Below are positions 38,896 to 53,589 of a stretch of 64,000 nt of DNA, one piece after another. Numbering within the stretch: position 1 is the first letter of the stretch; every line of letters starts with the position of its first letter. The notes beneath the pieces are model-generated. The model was given only the letters and a program-made list of their open reading frames with translations. It ran no database searches and had not been told where the DNA came from. The DNA comes from Lama glama (taxonomy: Eukaryota): NCBI GenBank assembly GCA_028534125.1, contig CM052816.1:84942001-85006000 (forward strand), read 5' to 3'. Both the position numbers and the translations under genes were made by a program.

Positions 38896-41800
38896 ACAAG
38901 TGTCCTATGTAGATCATCACCATTTTATGAAATTGAAAGCATGGTAGTGCTTGGTAATGCTCCAAAGCATTGAGCTAGGAACTACTTAATCATGTATTTG
39001 TCTCAGATAATATAAATCATATCCAATTTGCTTAAAAATATAATGAAGTGCCCAATAAGAGTTTGGGGTTTTGAAAAACCAAGGGACATAAAATATTTCT
39101 CTTTTAAATTAAAGGGTCTGAAATTACACAAACAAGTTCTAGATAATAATGCCTGAATCTGAAGCCACATAATATCTAATAACAAATGATGAAAGCTAAC
39201 AAAACTTCAATATATTAAAACAAATATATACCCTGCTGTAGTATAAAGCAGGCAGTTCAGTAAAGCACACACCACAAAGCTCTGGTGTGTACTCACAGTG
39301 GGCTGGGGACTGAGTCAGTGCCCCATGACCATTCTTCACTGGCATGAATAACAAGGATAGGCTGGATGGAGCAGCAGGAACTTTCATTATTGAAATGTTC
39401 ACTATTAAATAAAAACACATATAATAACCTCCCCTTTATATTTTTTTAACTAATTATTTAAACATGGCAAAATGTTAGGATAATGTCAAAAAAAAAAAAA
39501 CGGTCACTGACAGCAAAACTAAAATGTAACCATTTGGACAGTATTTCTGTTGATGATTTCTCCTTAAGTGGGAAAATTATCTATGACTGGAAAATTCCCA
39601 TAGAATTCTGTATTACTTTGCCTTGGAAAATAAGTAACAGGGAATACATGTAGGATTAGATGTGTCTACTTTTTCCTTAAAAGCTGAAATATATTTGAGT
39701 TTATTTTGAATCTTCTCTTAGAAGTAACAGTAACAGATAAATCTGTATTCACACCTTGAAGGCAGGAACAGCGGGAAGCCTGCCCTGTTCCCTTGCACAG
39801 TGCTGGAGCTGAGCAAGCACAAGGAAAGAACAGGAATTTGAGGTCAGAAGCGAAACCTTACATCCTGAATTTCTACATGATGCTTTGAAACCTTTGAAAT
39901 ACCACTTTGAAAACCCACTTTGAATTAATCTGTGGAGCAAGAAAATGAAGATAAGTCTAATTCCAAGAAGGGTAATTGAACATAACAACTGTCATTGGCC
40001 ATATTCATTCTACAGAGGACAATCTGGAACTTGGGAACCTCTTACTAGAACGAAGGAAGGAAATGGGCAACGGTGACATGAGTCCCATTACTTTTTTCTC
40101 TGGCCACTGAATAAAAAAATTGTTTTTCTGCTATGTGTATTCAATTAAATCAAATCACACTGGTAAGCCAGGGCAGCATTCTGATGCCCTCACTACCGCC
40201 CTTGACACATACCCACTCCCCAGCATGATTTCAAACTTGTCTAAATTAAAATAATTTCTTCAGTGCTGAAATAACTTTTCAACAATGAAAAACTCCAAAC
40301 TCTGCTAAGAGTAAAATTAGAATAGTGTGCTAAACAGAAGTTCCTATGTTGATTTCCAGTCTCTGTTAGCATCTTTATAACAAAATATTTTGAAAATGTA
40401 GAGGACTGTTCAGATATGTTATATGAGTGTGTTTGTATACTCAGATTTTAATTTTTATAGGGAAAAACATACTTTGAATTACAACTACCTAACCAATGGG
40501 GAGGAACTATTGGTGAATCTTAGTGTACTCTAAATATCCCCTTATTTTCCTGTACTGATGGTATCATGCTAATAAACTATCTGTCTTATAAAAAAAAAAA
40601 ATGAAGCTAACAGATTCACACTTGTTTCAGTTTCAGAATTATTGATGTATTTGCTTAATGAAATAAGGCATCTTATCAAGAAATAATCATACAATATGAT
40701 CTAGTTCTTACTTGGGTATTATTTATTGAATTATATTAACCTACTGAACTGATGGAAATGTCGATCTAGTGTCACTAAATAAGAATACAGACAAGCGCTG
40801 AAGAGGAGAGTTGATTATACTGATCTAAGTATCGGTTAATAAAATAGTGGGGAAGTTATTTCCATTTCATGGTCTGTAAAATTAATTTCTTAACCTTCCA
40901 GCTATAATGAAAGATCATAGTCTGCATTTTTCATTAATAATCTACTCTCATACTTATTATCACAAAATTATATTAAATATTCTCAACCTTTGTTCATTAA
41001 AACTTTAATGCAATAACCATCAGTTTTGCTCACTGAATAACAAATAATTTAGAAACAATGTTAAAAGATATTTAAATGCAAATCTATGTTAAATGGAACA
41101 GTGAACTGAATTCCTAAAAAAAAATTATTTAAAAATTGACTCTAATGCAGTTGAAACTAATAGAGCTAAACTGCTTGCTGTTAGTTCATATATGACAAAT
41201 TAATTAATTAGCATGAGTTGTTACTTTCAGCAGCTTAACAAAAAATATGTTCTATTTATTTTCTAAATGCTACATTCATCTTCTTTTTCAGAATAAATAC
41301 GCATGCCATCAGGCAACAGAAACCTATAAAGAAAATAATATTTCAGAATAAAAACGAATGTGTACTTAACAATTTTAGGCATCGATTTTTGATACATTTC
41401 TGCAAATGTGGCAAAAACACCTTTGTGAATTGGGATCAAGGATGCAAACTTAAGATTAAGAGGAAATTCTGCTCATCTTTGAGGGAAAAGCTCTTTTTAC
41501 AGATTCCTATGTGGGTACAAGAGGAAGAGCAATAAATGTTAAGTGATCAAAAAGAAAAGCCTCAAGCTAAAAAATATGTTACAGATCTCAAAGAGTAGTT
41601 ACATTTTCAAAATTTTAAAAGCAGAATTCCATTCTGAGGAAAAAGGGGAAATTTTACCTTTATTTTTCAATTAGGAGGAAAGGGAAATTACCTTACTAAA
41701 TTTTATCTTAGAATTAAATCCCAAATAGGATAAAATCAACCATAGAGATGATTTCAATTCTAATCTACTGAGAACCAAGATGACAATGATTTAAGGAATA

Positions 41801-42240
41801 GTATGCTCATATGAAAGTTTTCATGTTCTCTTACAGCATGCATCATCTTTCTAGACAAATGTTCTTTGTGAATGCAAAGCTTATCAATGCATATTGACAG
41901 GAGAATAAAAATAAGTGGCCAGGGAGACAGTAAACAGTAAGAAAGAACACATATCTTTCCCTGGTTTATTTTCTGTATCTTATTTAAATTATGTTTTTTA
42001 CCTTTTCCACTTTAGGATTTGTCAAATGTCCATAGCTTACTCAGTAATATACATAACCAAAGGCAAAATCTTCAACTCTGAAACTGTTTATAACAAAAAG
42101 GAACATACATATGCATATACCATGACTCTGTCAAGTACATAGAGGCAAAATAAATTCTGGAATCAAAATCCTGATGAAATTTCTTAGATATTTATGTCCT
42201 TGGAGCAAGTATAAAATTTCAAAATGGGAAAGGAATCAAC

Positions 42241-42290
42241 TATATACATACAAAGATATATACACATACACACACACACATACACACACG
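42241..42290. repeat. Imperfect (CA)n microsatellite
   Basis: tacacatacacacacacacatacacacacg. Confidence 0.8.
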
Positions 42291-43340
42291 TCAGGAACAT
42301 GCATTTTATCATATTCTGATTAGCATCTCATAGGTAGTTTCAAGGGAAAATAAAAAATGCTTACAAACATAAGCATTACAAAAATTATTGTTAAGACCAT
42401 TACACTAAAATCTGTTCCATACTACGCTGTAAACTTTCACATGGACACAATATTTAATGGCTTTGTAACCTACCTATGTTTTAGAATCTAGTATGACCCA
42501 GGCAATGTGCTAGAAATTAGCTGAGCAAAGGTGACAATAAGGTTTGAACCTTCATAGTTTAATGTCTGACATGAAAGTATACTCCCACTAGGACAATGAT
42601 GGTCAAATTTCTGTGCTATAACACAATTTCACATATTCAATTTTTGACAGCACACCTAAAGGAATTAAAAATCTCAAGACAACACAAAGAAAACAAACAA
42701 ACAAAATTACTATCAGATTCTAACAGTATCTGTAAAAATGTCATCTCCTTGCCATTAAGCAAGTCTTCGTAGTACCATTTACTGACTTGACCAACTGTCC
42801 TCATACTTCCAAATCTATGTTTTCTCATTTTCTAGGGATAATAAGCCTTTTTACTGAAGGAAGATTATCTGTACTTTCTGTTCTCCTTCACACGGAATTT
42901 CAAAAGGTCTAAGACACCCTTCTTTGTCCTCTTAAGGGTCATAGAGAATGTGGGGAAAGGGTCAAGACTGAAGAGTTGAGAGCTTCTGTCTTTTCCATAG
43001 GCACACTCTTACTTCATATTTGTTCTTACCCCACTGCCATGGGCTATTTCAGTATCATAGCTTTAAGCATGTATGTAGTAATGGAAAGAGCCTCGAGAAT
43101 TTTGCTCACCTTTCAAAATTAGGAGACTCATGTTGGACTTTTCCCCAGAAATATTCTGTCATTTTCTCTATTCTGCTTTTATGACAGAACTAGGAAGTCA
43201 CCTGTTCAGGGGTTTAGTAAGCATCTAATTAAGGAAAGAAAGGCAACTGGATTGTATTTTTAAAAGGTAACCCTAATGGCTTATGTGAATTATGCATCAT
43301 TCTCTGGGAGCAACACTTCACCTGACTTTGGGCAGTAGGA

Positions 43341-43785
43341 CTATGGTAGATTGAAACAATAGACACAGATTCTCTACAACTTCTCAGTAATCTATTTCCT
43401 TATGCCTTGAATCTGGGCTGGCATTTCAACTTGTTTTAATCTAACAGAATGTGGGAGAAGTGATTTGTATAGGTTCTAAGCCTGTACCCCAAAAGGGGGA
43501 CTTGCAGCTCTACCCTTGCCTTGAGAAATATTCCCCCCTTACGTGAACAACCCTGGATAGCCTGCTGGATAAGAGATCATACTTCTATGAAGAGAGCCTC
43601 TAACTCTTCCAAGAATGTTCCAGAATTTTGATCAAGTCCAGAAAATAATACCCAGGCCAGTATGGGAAGGACCACAGAACTGAGCCTAACCCAAACTGCC
43701 AAACCATGGAATGGTGACCTAAATGAAATGCTTGTTTTATAGCACTGGGTTTTAGGGTGGCTTACTATATAGCAAAAGGTAGCAA
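43341..43785 (+). mobile_element. MLT1 (F/G/H-like) MaLR LTR
   Basis: ccttgaatctgggctggc...aacagaatgtgggagaagtga...ctgagcctaacccaaactgcc...ttgttttatagcactgggttttagggtggcttactatatagca. Confidence 0.75.
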
Positions 43786-44049
43786 AAGCATTAAGGAAGA
43801 ATCATTCTCTACCCTGCATATTGAGAAGACATGTTTAAAATGTTAATTTTCCATGAACAGGATCCTTTGTAACTTCTGAAATCTCATGACTATCTCTCTG
43901 CTTCCCTGTAATCTCAAGCATGTAAAAATAGATGAAGAGTAGGTGTTGGTGATTGGAGAGCAAAGACATTTTAGGAATCTCTTCATGAGCCTCAAAGAAG
44001 CATTTAACAACATTTTTGTCCTCATTTTACACTTAATTTATCAAAAAAG

Positions 44050-44500
44050 AAAGATGTCACACTCTTCATGTTCTATGTGTTTAACTGAAAAAGGGGATTA
44101 TGTATGAAAGAGTGGACAGAGTTAAGAGAGTCAACAGAAAGAGTAAAGCACTCAGTGACCAATGACAATGAGAATTTCAACCATTTCCAAAAAGAATTTG
44201 GGAAGAAACAAGGCAACAGGAGAAAAATTTGGAATAGGGTTCCTAGTTAGGATCTGTGGGTAGAAAATCTGTCTAGTACCACACCCATAGCAAGGAGAGA
44301 GGGGCATTATCTTTTGATGTCTCTCTCTTCTTGCCCCCTTACCTACTTCTGGTGTTTTCCATCAGCTAAAACCTTTGCGAAGCTAAAAGAAGAGGAGGCC
44401 CAGTGATGCAGTCACACACTGCTAGATTTTAGCATTCTGTAGCACACAGCAGATCAACACAGCAGGTCAGAGAAGCTTGGATAATTGATTTGGACAGACA
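44050..44500 (-). mobile_element. Old ERVL-type LTR remnant (LTR33/LTR41-like)
   Basis: gtggacagagttaagagagtcaacagaaagagtaaagcactcag...gaggcccagtgatgcagtc. Confidence 0.45.
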
Positions 44501-44579
44501 ATAAAAAACCATCAGGGATGTCTATTATGATACCTTAGTTAAGTCCCATCTAACATGTGTAACACTTTATGCATATAAA

Positions 44580-44820
44580 ACTAATGTTTCCTGAGTAAAC
44601 TTTGGCATCGTACTAAGTGTTTTATGTCTTTGTATGCATTTGTTCCTCTCGAAAAACTGTGAGGTTAGTTAGTATCATCATTATCCCTATTCCTCAGTTC
44701 AGAAAACCAAAGCAAAGAGAGTTATTAAACCATGATCACACAGCTAGAAAGGAGAAGATTGAGAATTTAAACAAAAGACACTCTGGCTCCAGAATATATG
44801 ATTTTGTGCACTTCTCCACA
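44580..44820 (-). mobile_element. MIR SINE
   Basis: gtactaagtgttttat...ctgtgaggttagttagtatcatcattatccctatt...gaaaaccaaagcaaagaga...ctctggctccaga. Confidence 0.7.
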
Positions 44821-46979
44821 CTGCTTTCAAAAGATTTTATAGTACCATTACTGGTGAAATAAGTAATGCTGACAGTCCTGGAAACCTAGAGCTAAGAAGC
44901 ACCACTGAAATTAACTGGCAGAAGTGAAAGCAAGTTTTTCAAAAGAAACTCAAACATCTAGAGGTACATGTGCCACATCTCCATCATGTCTCACAAACAC
45001 TGAGCAGACTCATCCAGGAGCTACCCTTATAAACACGCTCAGACAGGAAGACAGTCAGGCTCCTTCTACCCCTGGAGTTTCCATAGGAATTCTCCCTTAA
45101 AACCTAGAAACAAACTCTAACATAGTGCTTTGTGCTGAAACTTGTTTAATTCAAACCTAGTAGCCGTTCAGTCGGCAAATCACTCATTCAGTTGACCTCA
45201 ACATGTTTCCTATGCATATCTCCTAAGGGGATTCTGAACAAGCTGAATAACTATACATGTCAACTTTTTCCAAAGAACCCAGCCCTGGTGAGCATTCTTA
45301 TAACCCAAGGCAGATGATATCTCCCATCAACCTGAATTTTATATTATGGGAGTGTGATTTGCTTCAGACACTGAAAGAAATTGTCATATCAGTTATAAAT
45401 CAAAGGATAATCTGAGGGGAAAATGATTTCAAAAATTATTTTTGAAAGACAGTATTACCAGAATAGTCAATCCATATTAATTCTATGATTTCAGTTTTTA
45501 AAAGAAATTTGGCAATTTATTTCCAAATTCTACATGTCTGGGATGGAATTACAAACTTCTATATTAGTGGTAATAACATTCTGAATAATCAAACATATAT
45601 AAGAAAAAATGAACCTACATGTACAGAAATATATCACTATAAAACATTCTCAATGATTACACAATTATTTCATATTAAAAAAAACAATACTATACCTAAA
45701 ACAAAAAGATCACTTTGGAAGTATTAGACCTTAGCATTAAAGCAATACTAACTGATGTTAATAAACCTGCAAAAATATAAAAATTATTGGATTCCTAAAG
45801 TTTGAAGTTAATCAATTCTCAGAAAATATATTTTTGATTATTTTTTACTTTATTCATCTTAGCACCGTTTCAGTTGAAAGTATGAGAGAGAATGATCCTC
45901 TGTGTCTAAAATAAATGATTCCTTTTTCTTGGTAATAGACTGTCTTAAGAATTGACAGTCAAATAAGGGACATTCATGAAGTTCAAAAATCAGTCCAATT
46001 AGTATTTCAGGTGAGTATACGTTTCCCTTTGTTTTCAAATTTTAATAAATTAGATCCCTTTAATATAAGCTTTAAACGCACTAGCTACATTTCTCACTTT
46101 TATTTATCTTCAGCCATCTACCTACCACACCAGTGTGGACACTCCAGGAGAGCACAGACCAAATCCTCCGTATTCACTTATTCTTAGCACATAGCACAAG
46201 CCAATGCTGTGGAATTAGTTTACATATATTTGTTGATTACTTGAACGGAAATATTTGGGTAGAGTAGAACAGGCTAGAAAATCTTTACTTCATAAAAGTC
46301 AGAGGGTAATCAAAATGATTCTGTAGAGAGAAAATTAAATGACAGACAGAAATCCTCGCAAAGAGGTTGTTTCCACTAAAAAAGACTCACTGAATGATAA
46401 TGATAAAGTCAAAGCTCGCTTGCTTATCCTTTGTCACCAAGAGAATTAATAAAAATACAGTAAGTGCAAAATAATCTATGAAGACTTTTATTAGCAACTG
46501 TGCTTACAGGATCAGTGAACCAATGCCTGAAAGAAGTATTGCTATTCTAAGACATGATGACAAAAAATAATTCATTTAAATGAAGAAGATATTTGGAGGA
46601 GACCATGTTTCTGAGAGGTTACTGAGTGGCAGCCTTGTTAAATAGTATCTCTTTTAAGGAAAAAAGACATGAGTAATTGATCACAGAGAAAATGGCTTAC
46701 TTGATTTTATGTGTAGAGAACACTGTTTCTCTAAATCACTAGGATGAATCACCAGTTGGCATTCATTGCAGTCATATACCAGTGAGAGCAGATGGAATAT
46801 AAAATGGTATGAAACATGTCTACTGAGGAAACAAGCATTTTAAAAGTTAATGAAAGACAAAACAACAAGAGTATAAAGTAGGCTTATTGAATGTTAACGC
46901 AGTGATTACCGCACAGAGATGATCCCTAAACTTTTAATGACTATCCAAATGGTAAATAATAACAGTAGTAGTAATGATG

Positions 46980-47645
46980 CCAGTAATAAATTCCATTTTT
47001 CCAAGCATCATCTTAAGCACTTTTGGCATATTATACTACCCGATCCTACAAATAACACTTGAAAGGTGTGTTTTTTATTAATCTTATTTTATTGGTAAGG
47101 TAAATGATACTCAGAAGTTAAATAAAACTTAAGGAGTGGCAGATCGAGCATTTAAATTAGGTTCATCCCACTATGTTAGCTCATAAATGTTATCAATTAC
47201 ATTAAACCATATATTGAGTATTGAATTCTTTGCATTAACAAATAGACAAATGATACATATTTCAGTGGAATACCTTAGAATTTATTAACTCAAGAAACAT
47301 TTTAGTGCTTACTTCATATCAGGCCTTTGGGCATCCAACATTGACATAAAACAGTAAACAGAAGAGACAAAACGTTACCTTACCTCAAGGTGCTTACTGT
47401 TATAGTGGACAGTATTCAACATTACTTACTGAGTATTTACTATGACTTTGCTACCTTCCTCAGCTCTTTAAATTATTAACTGATTCAGTCTGTCATTGAG
47501 GTAGGACTACTATGACATGTATTTCTGATATAAATAAACAGACATAGATTAGATAATTTGCTTAGATTCTCACAATTAATAAATAAGACAGTTGGAAATA
47601 TTCCCCAGGCAGTCTGCCTCTAAATTCAGCAGATGTAGCCACTAT
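46980..47645 (-). mobile_element. Cluster of MIR / L2 tail / MIR fragments
   Basis: tcctacaaataacacttgaaaggtgtg; ttaactcaagaaacatttttagtgcttac; ttactgagtatttactatg...ccccaggcagtctgcctc. Confidence 0.5.
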
Positions 47646-48280
47646 ATAATAATTCAGGACTATTTTATTAGAGGCCTATAATAGCTTGCCTAAATTGCTT
47701 ATTTCAGTCAACCCCAAAATCTGGTTCCTTAAGGGTGAATTAAATAATGGATACTAAAGGTGGAAAAAGTACCTGACTGCATTAAATATTATAGTTTATA
47801 ACAGGAAGATACATTAGTCTCAAATATCAGCCATTATTCGTGGAGCTGGAGGGCATGGAGAACAGAATGATGCCTGTGAGGACAGAGCTGTCAGCTAACT
47901 GTAATACTGACCTTGACGTAGAACATGAAAGAGAAAGAAATTCCTACCCCTTTTAAGTAACTAAATTATTGTTCTATCTCCCTGGTACAGCCTTACTTTA
48001 TCATGACCAAAAAAAGATGATACTTTAATTCAAGACTTCTCATTAGAAAAGTGTATAATTAACAGAACCAAAGAAATCATGTATTTGGAAGAAAAAACTG
48101 AATTTAGCTTATCTATTTGCTGTCCTCCAAATATACAATAAAAGCAATTCTAGATTTTCAAACACTTATCAAATATTATCCATAGATGGGGCACTGGAAT
48201 CTTCATGTCATTTATATGTAATGCCCCATGCTTAGTAAATTCTATCTGTAAATCCAGCTTTAGAATCCCACTCATCACAA

Positions 48281-48294
48281 ACACATACACATAC

Positions 48295-48329
<35 letters not shown>
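48281..48329. repeat. (CA)n microsatellite
   Basis: About 15 uninterrupted CA units at 48300-48329. Confidence 0.95.
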
Positions 48330-48332
<3 letters not shown>

Positions 48333-48749
48333 TCTCACTTATGTTCATTTTATCTTTGTCACCGTGACAACTATACACAAGATACTCAATATAGTCATAA
48401 CTCAGGAAGATTATAAGAAACAAGAGCTGGAAATAAGAGATTTTGTTTTGTTTTGTTTTGTTTTTATGAGTGAGGTATCAGTAAAACTGTCTGTACCACC
48501 ATGTTTTGTGAATTAAAGAATGAAAGAAGATAAAGAAAAAAGATAAAGGCAGAAGATTCCATCTAGAAATTTTGGAATTGATAAAAAGGGGTCTTTTAGT
48601 CTACTTACTGAATTTTGAGTTTTTTGTATATGTTATTAGTGTATTAAAGAACAGTCACCCATGGGATGTAATAAAAATGCAATTGCCTCTTTAAAATTAA
48701 TTTCTTAAAATATGGTAGAAACTGCTGGTTTTCATCTAATATTTGTTAC

Positions 48750-49060
48750 TGACTTCCTCCAAAGTAGTAACCTTTTTAGTTCAGCAAATGACCATGCACA
48801 GTAAATACTATATCTCAGCCTCCCTTGGAGCTAGTATAGCTATATTACTGTTACCAACAATTAGAATGTGAGCAGGATTCATGTGTTCAACCACTGGAAT
48901 GATACACTTTGCCTCTTCCACTGCTTTTAATGCAGGAAATTTGGAAATATATGTATAAGGGTAAATTACTATGGAGAACAGTGCAAGAAATAGATGAGGT
49001 AGAGCCAATAGGCTAGCTCAGACTTTTATATGATAAAGAGGTCCATTTCTATCTTGCAAA
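48750..49060 (+). mobile_element. Old MLT1 (I/J-like) LTR remnant
   Basis: tatatctcagcctcccttggagctag...ccaacaattagaatgtgagcagga...ctcttccactgc. Confidence 0.5.
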
Positions 49061-52000
49061 AGGTACATAAGTAATAAAATCTCCAAAAGTCATTAAATGT
49101 CAAAAACATAGTGTCTATTCAGTTACAGGTTTTGGAATATTCAGTTCCTCAGAGTAATCAAAACTGTGAACTCATTTCAATGTCAAATACTCCCAGTCGC
49201 CTAAGTCAGAGTGTTGTGGATTAATCACTTGTTATGGAGTTGAGTTCCATTATATCTCTTGATTATTTCCTCCCTCACTGTGTAACTAATATTCCTGACC
49301 TTTCCAGGTCTGGATCACAAAAAAAAATTAAGAAGGAAAGGGGAGGTAAGAAGGTTGTTATAAAATAACTCAATTATTTTTCTGTGTGGTTCACATCTGA
49401 TAGGTGTAAACAAACACATACATATACTTGAAACTTTGTTGGCAAATATTTGTTTTCTAGATGTAGCAGGACATTTCCTCATTACAGCTCTTTCAAAGTA
49501 TCTCATCAGTATAAATAAGTAAATAAGGAAAAAACAACCTCATTTCTCAGTAGCTTCATTCAATATAAGTGAACTTTATTTTATGCTTATTCAACAGTTC
49601 AGACTGATTATACTGAAGATAATTTTTCATACAGCCATTCAAGAAGTAAACTGAACCCTTCCATTTTGTAATTCCACCAGCCTTTGTATTTGATTAGGCA
49701 AGACGGGGTTGGGGGGTGGAGACAGAGAGAGAGAGAGAAAGAAAAAGAGCCTTTTGGGGAAGGCTTGTAAGTACTGTATCTAACTCCCTTCCACATTGCA
49801 GTGCCCAGGATGTAAACACATAGTCACATGTAAGGGAAGTTGGCAACTATACTATAGATACAGTCTTAGGAAGAGAGATAAATGATTTTGGTGAATTAGT
49901 AGCCAAAATAATAGCTATTCTCTGAACAAACCCCAGACCACTGTGTCTCCCAAACTTCAGTGGTACCTCTCAGTCTCTTCCATTGGTCCCATTGAAGTCT
50001 TTCCCTCTAGACTTACACTGTAAAAGAGCATTTTCCATCCTGTTTCTTTTGTAAACATTTTTGATGAGTTTTGGATAAAGCACCCAAGTCTGTTTCCAGA
50101 AAAATCCTTCCTATTAATTTTTTTGGCAGTTTTATTACTTCATTTTTAGTGTAGGGTTTCTGCCCGAGGGATTCCAGACTCATGCTAGAGGTTCTAGGGC
50201 AACAGTTTTGACAACTTGTCAATTTGTATTTGGGACTGATACCACAGCCTTAATCATATCATGTGTCTCTGGTAGAATTTCCATTTTAACATCTTAGAGG
50301 AGAAGAGTAAACTCTTAGAGTGAAAGTGAGCAAAAGTGGAAAGGCTGAAGACATAGTAAAGAATTGAGATGGGAAAGAATTCTGAGAAGATGAAAATCAA
50401 TGGAGCCTAGTGCATAGTTGGAGGTGTTTCTTCAGGTAAGAGAAAATGAAATAAATTGATGCCAATACAAGCCATTTTGCTGTATTTCTGATAAGAACTT
50501 GAGTGAGTTTCTACTTATTAGCTTTTGTTTTCTACTGAGTACTAAATGGGAAGTGTTGAAATGGGAAATTTGGAGAAAATGAAGAAGCTTTGAAATAGCT
50601 GACTCTAGAGTATCTCAAAGTATATTTCACGGAATATCGATCCTGCAAGATGCACCACGAATGAGAATCTGTGGTCAAATGTAGAGAGAATTACATACAT
50701 ATTCAATAAAGATTCTCACACTATGTTAGCACACTATAGGGTTCAAATTTTGGTACTGAGAATGGACATGTCACCCAACGTTTAACCTACTGGTCCATCA
50801 AAAAATTTTAAAACTATAACTTTCTTTTGCTATCTCTATTTAAATATCATTGAATTTAGCATTTCATCTAAGCCACATGAGAAGGTAGTCTTAATACATT
50901 TTCTCAAGTGCTAGCAATTATTATAACATTCTTAAAATAATAAAGAGAAAATAGATTATGTCCATAATATTTGTTCTCTCTTTAGACATATAACATCAAA
51001 CACAACAATTTTAAATGACCAAGCTGAATGGATATGTGAATGATTGTGGTCTGATTCACTTTCACTTTTGCTGTGAGACCATACTGCAGGAAGGAAAAAT
51101 ACATAGAGGTTATGGTAAGGGAAAGCTTGTTTTGCAGAACTTAGGAGATATATGCTTACTTCTGAACACTAGAACTACAGGTATATTTTTCCTAGATATG
51201 ATTGGAATAAATTCACTCTTTTCCCATGTGGTGAGTTTGTCTGAAGTCCACAGTGAAATGATCGGCCCATTACATTTCAGAATGAAAGAATGAGGGCCAA
51301 AGGTAGAACCCCTTGAGGATCATAGGATTTTATGGCTATTTATTGAAGTAAAGGTTTCAATGTATTCATTTAAGAAGACAAAGGATTCTCCTAGTCCGGC
51401 TGAAAGAATAGTTTTCCCCAAAGCATGCTGAAGTTACTACATAGGTCAGCTCAGTAGAATCATTTCCAACCTCATGTAAAACCAGCCTTTTTTTTTTAAG
51501 CCCAGAAACATTTTTCCTATCATTAAAGGCAATTACCCATTCTAGAAGTGACTGTGGGAATCTGGAGTATTTCTCCTGATACCATCATCTGAAATTCTTA
51601 TTTTCTTTTTCTGAATTCTTAGAACTATGTGATATATCAACTAACACTGTAAACTTGGATCAGTTTTACAATAAAACTCCACTTTTATCTTTCCAGATGG
51701 CACCCTGACAAACTGTGCACATAATTATTCAAAAATGGTAATTTACAATTTACAGGAAAATAGGAAAAAATGCATATCAATTTAACTAATCAATAATTTC
51801 CGGGCTAAAAAATTCTGCAAAACCAAAACTAAGGTTTTTTTTATCATAAAATGTTTATTCCATGACAACTATGGACAATAAGGAAAATAATAAAACAAAG
51901 CTATTTGCTCAGCTTATCTCAGTTCCATTAACATATGTCCCTATTTTAAGTCAACCAAAACACACTATATGATTTACTTAATATAGAATGTGGTACAAAG

Positions 52001-53589
52001 AGCTTTGTTTATGATTAAATGCATATTTAGATTTATTATTATGACATTAAATATACATTTTGCATAAATAAAAAACACCTCTTATAGTAAAAGTATAGTC
52101 ATTCAACTTTCTGTCAAGTTATTAATTAAGTAGTTTGTAAAACTATTTTGGGATAGATTTTCAGAAATTTCATTTTTCTTTCTGAGCCATCTTCATTCAA
52201 ATTGTCTTCATTCTGTTTATTGACTTTTGCCTGTTTCTGTGTGCTTTGTAAGCAATATATTTCTCTGAAATGATCTAATGTGTAAAAAGGATTAACTTCA
52301 TTGTACCTTAATTTTACTCACTGAGAAAATTTATAAATTCTCTATGTTCTTTGTTCTCTTTCTTTTTCATGCTTTTATTTTGTTCTTTGCAGACTTTGCT
52401 TTTGTCACTTATTGTGACTCTCCTGCACCTCCATCTCACTTTTTGTAATACCAATGCAAAATAGGTATTTCGTTATGTAGTGTGATCCCTTTAAAACTTT
52501 ACTTTCGGAGGATAGTTACTTTAACACTTTTTGCACAGTAGGAACATTATATATTTTTCTTAGGAATCCACTAATTATATTTGAATTTAAAAAAAATGGT
52601 CCTTGGCAAAATACCAAAAGGATGATCATACCCTTAGGAAACAAAATTACTACCCTGTCAGTGAAACTCCTGGTTATCTCACTCTAAAGTGTTCCAATTA
52701 TAGCTACTGAGCAAGATCAAAGAAGTCGTTAGAGTCAAGGAAACTAGGAGATGGAATAAGAGCACTTTCACTGTTAACTTTTTATGGCCCACCACGTGTA
52801 GATTTAAATGGTACAGCATAATCTTAGATCTGCATTGGCAGATGTCTCTACCCATCAGCATTCAGCAGTGCTCGTCACAGTTTTTAGATAAATGTAGTCA
52901 TAAGCGTTAAACAAAAGGCTCTTGTACTGAGTGCGTGGTGATGAAATTAAAAATGTAGGCTTATCCTTAGAAAATGTGGATAGAGATTTTTGTGATCTGT
53001 GTCACTTGAAGAAACAAGATAGTAGAGGCTGTCTTAACTCTTCTCGGAGGCCTTTTAGGCATCAGAAAATTTAATATATTTTTTAAATTGTTCTTGCCCT
53101 GCTGGTGCTTTAAGTAAATAGTTTATCTAATGGTCAAATCTGAAAAGTCTACAATAAAGACCATATGAAATGACTCTGCTAAGTGTACTTTAAAAGCACT
53201 CTCTCCAATTATAGCACTTATTTTTCTGTATAGGAATTGCATGATAGTTGTTCTCCCTGGTGAATGATATCTAGTCTTCTTCATTTATTTTTGTATACCA
53301 ATTACTTCATGTGATGTCAAGCACATTATAGACACTCAAAATTACTCATTTATATGAGGAAATCTTAAATAAAATTGAGTTTTAAAATTTTATAAATGGA
53401 CACAGAAAAATAGTAATTATTTAGAAAAATAATAATTGTTTATCCAGAAAAACATAATTAGCCATGTAAATTTTTTTCTTACAAACAAATTTAACTATAT
53501 TCTGAAATCATATTTTAATGCTTGCATATTTCTGGACATATTTTGGTTTTCTGTAACCTCTGAATTTTATTCCATTGTCCCTTCATTTT

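Noticed and set aside
48150..48516. ORFs with VCVCVC or THTHTH repeats
   Set aside because: Translations of the (CA)n microsatellite.
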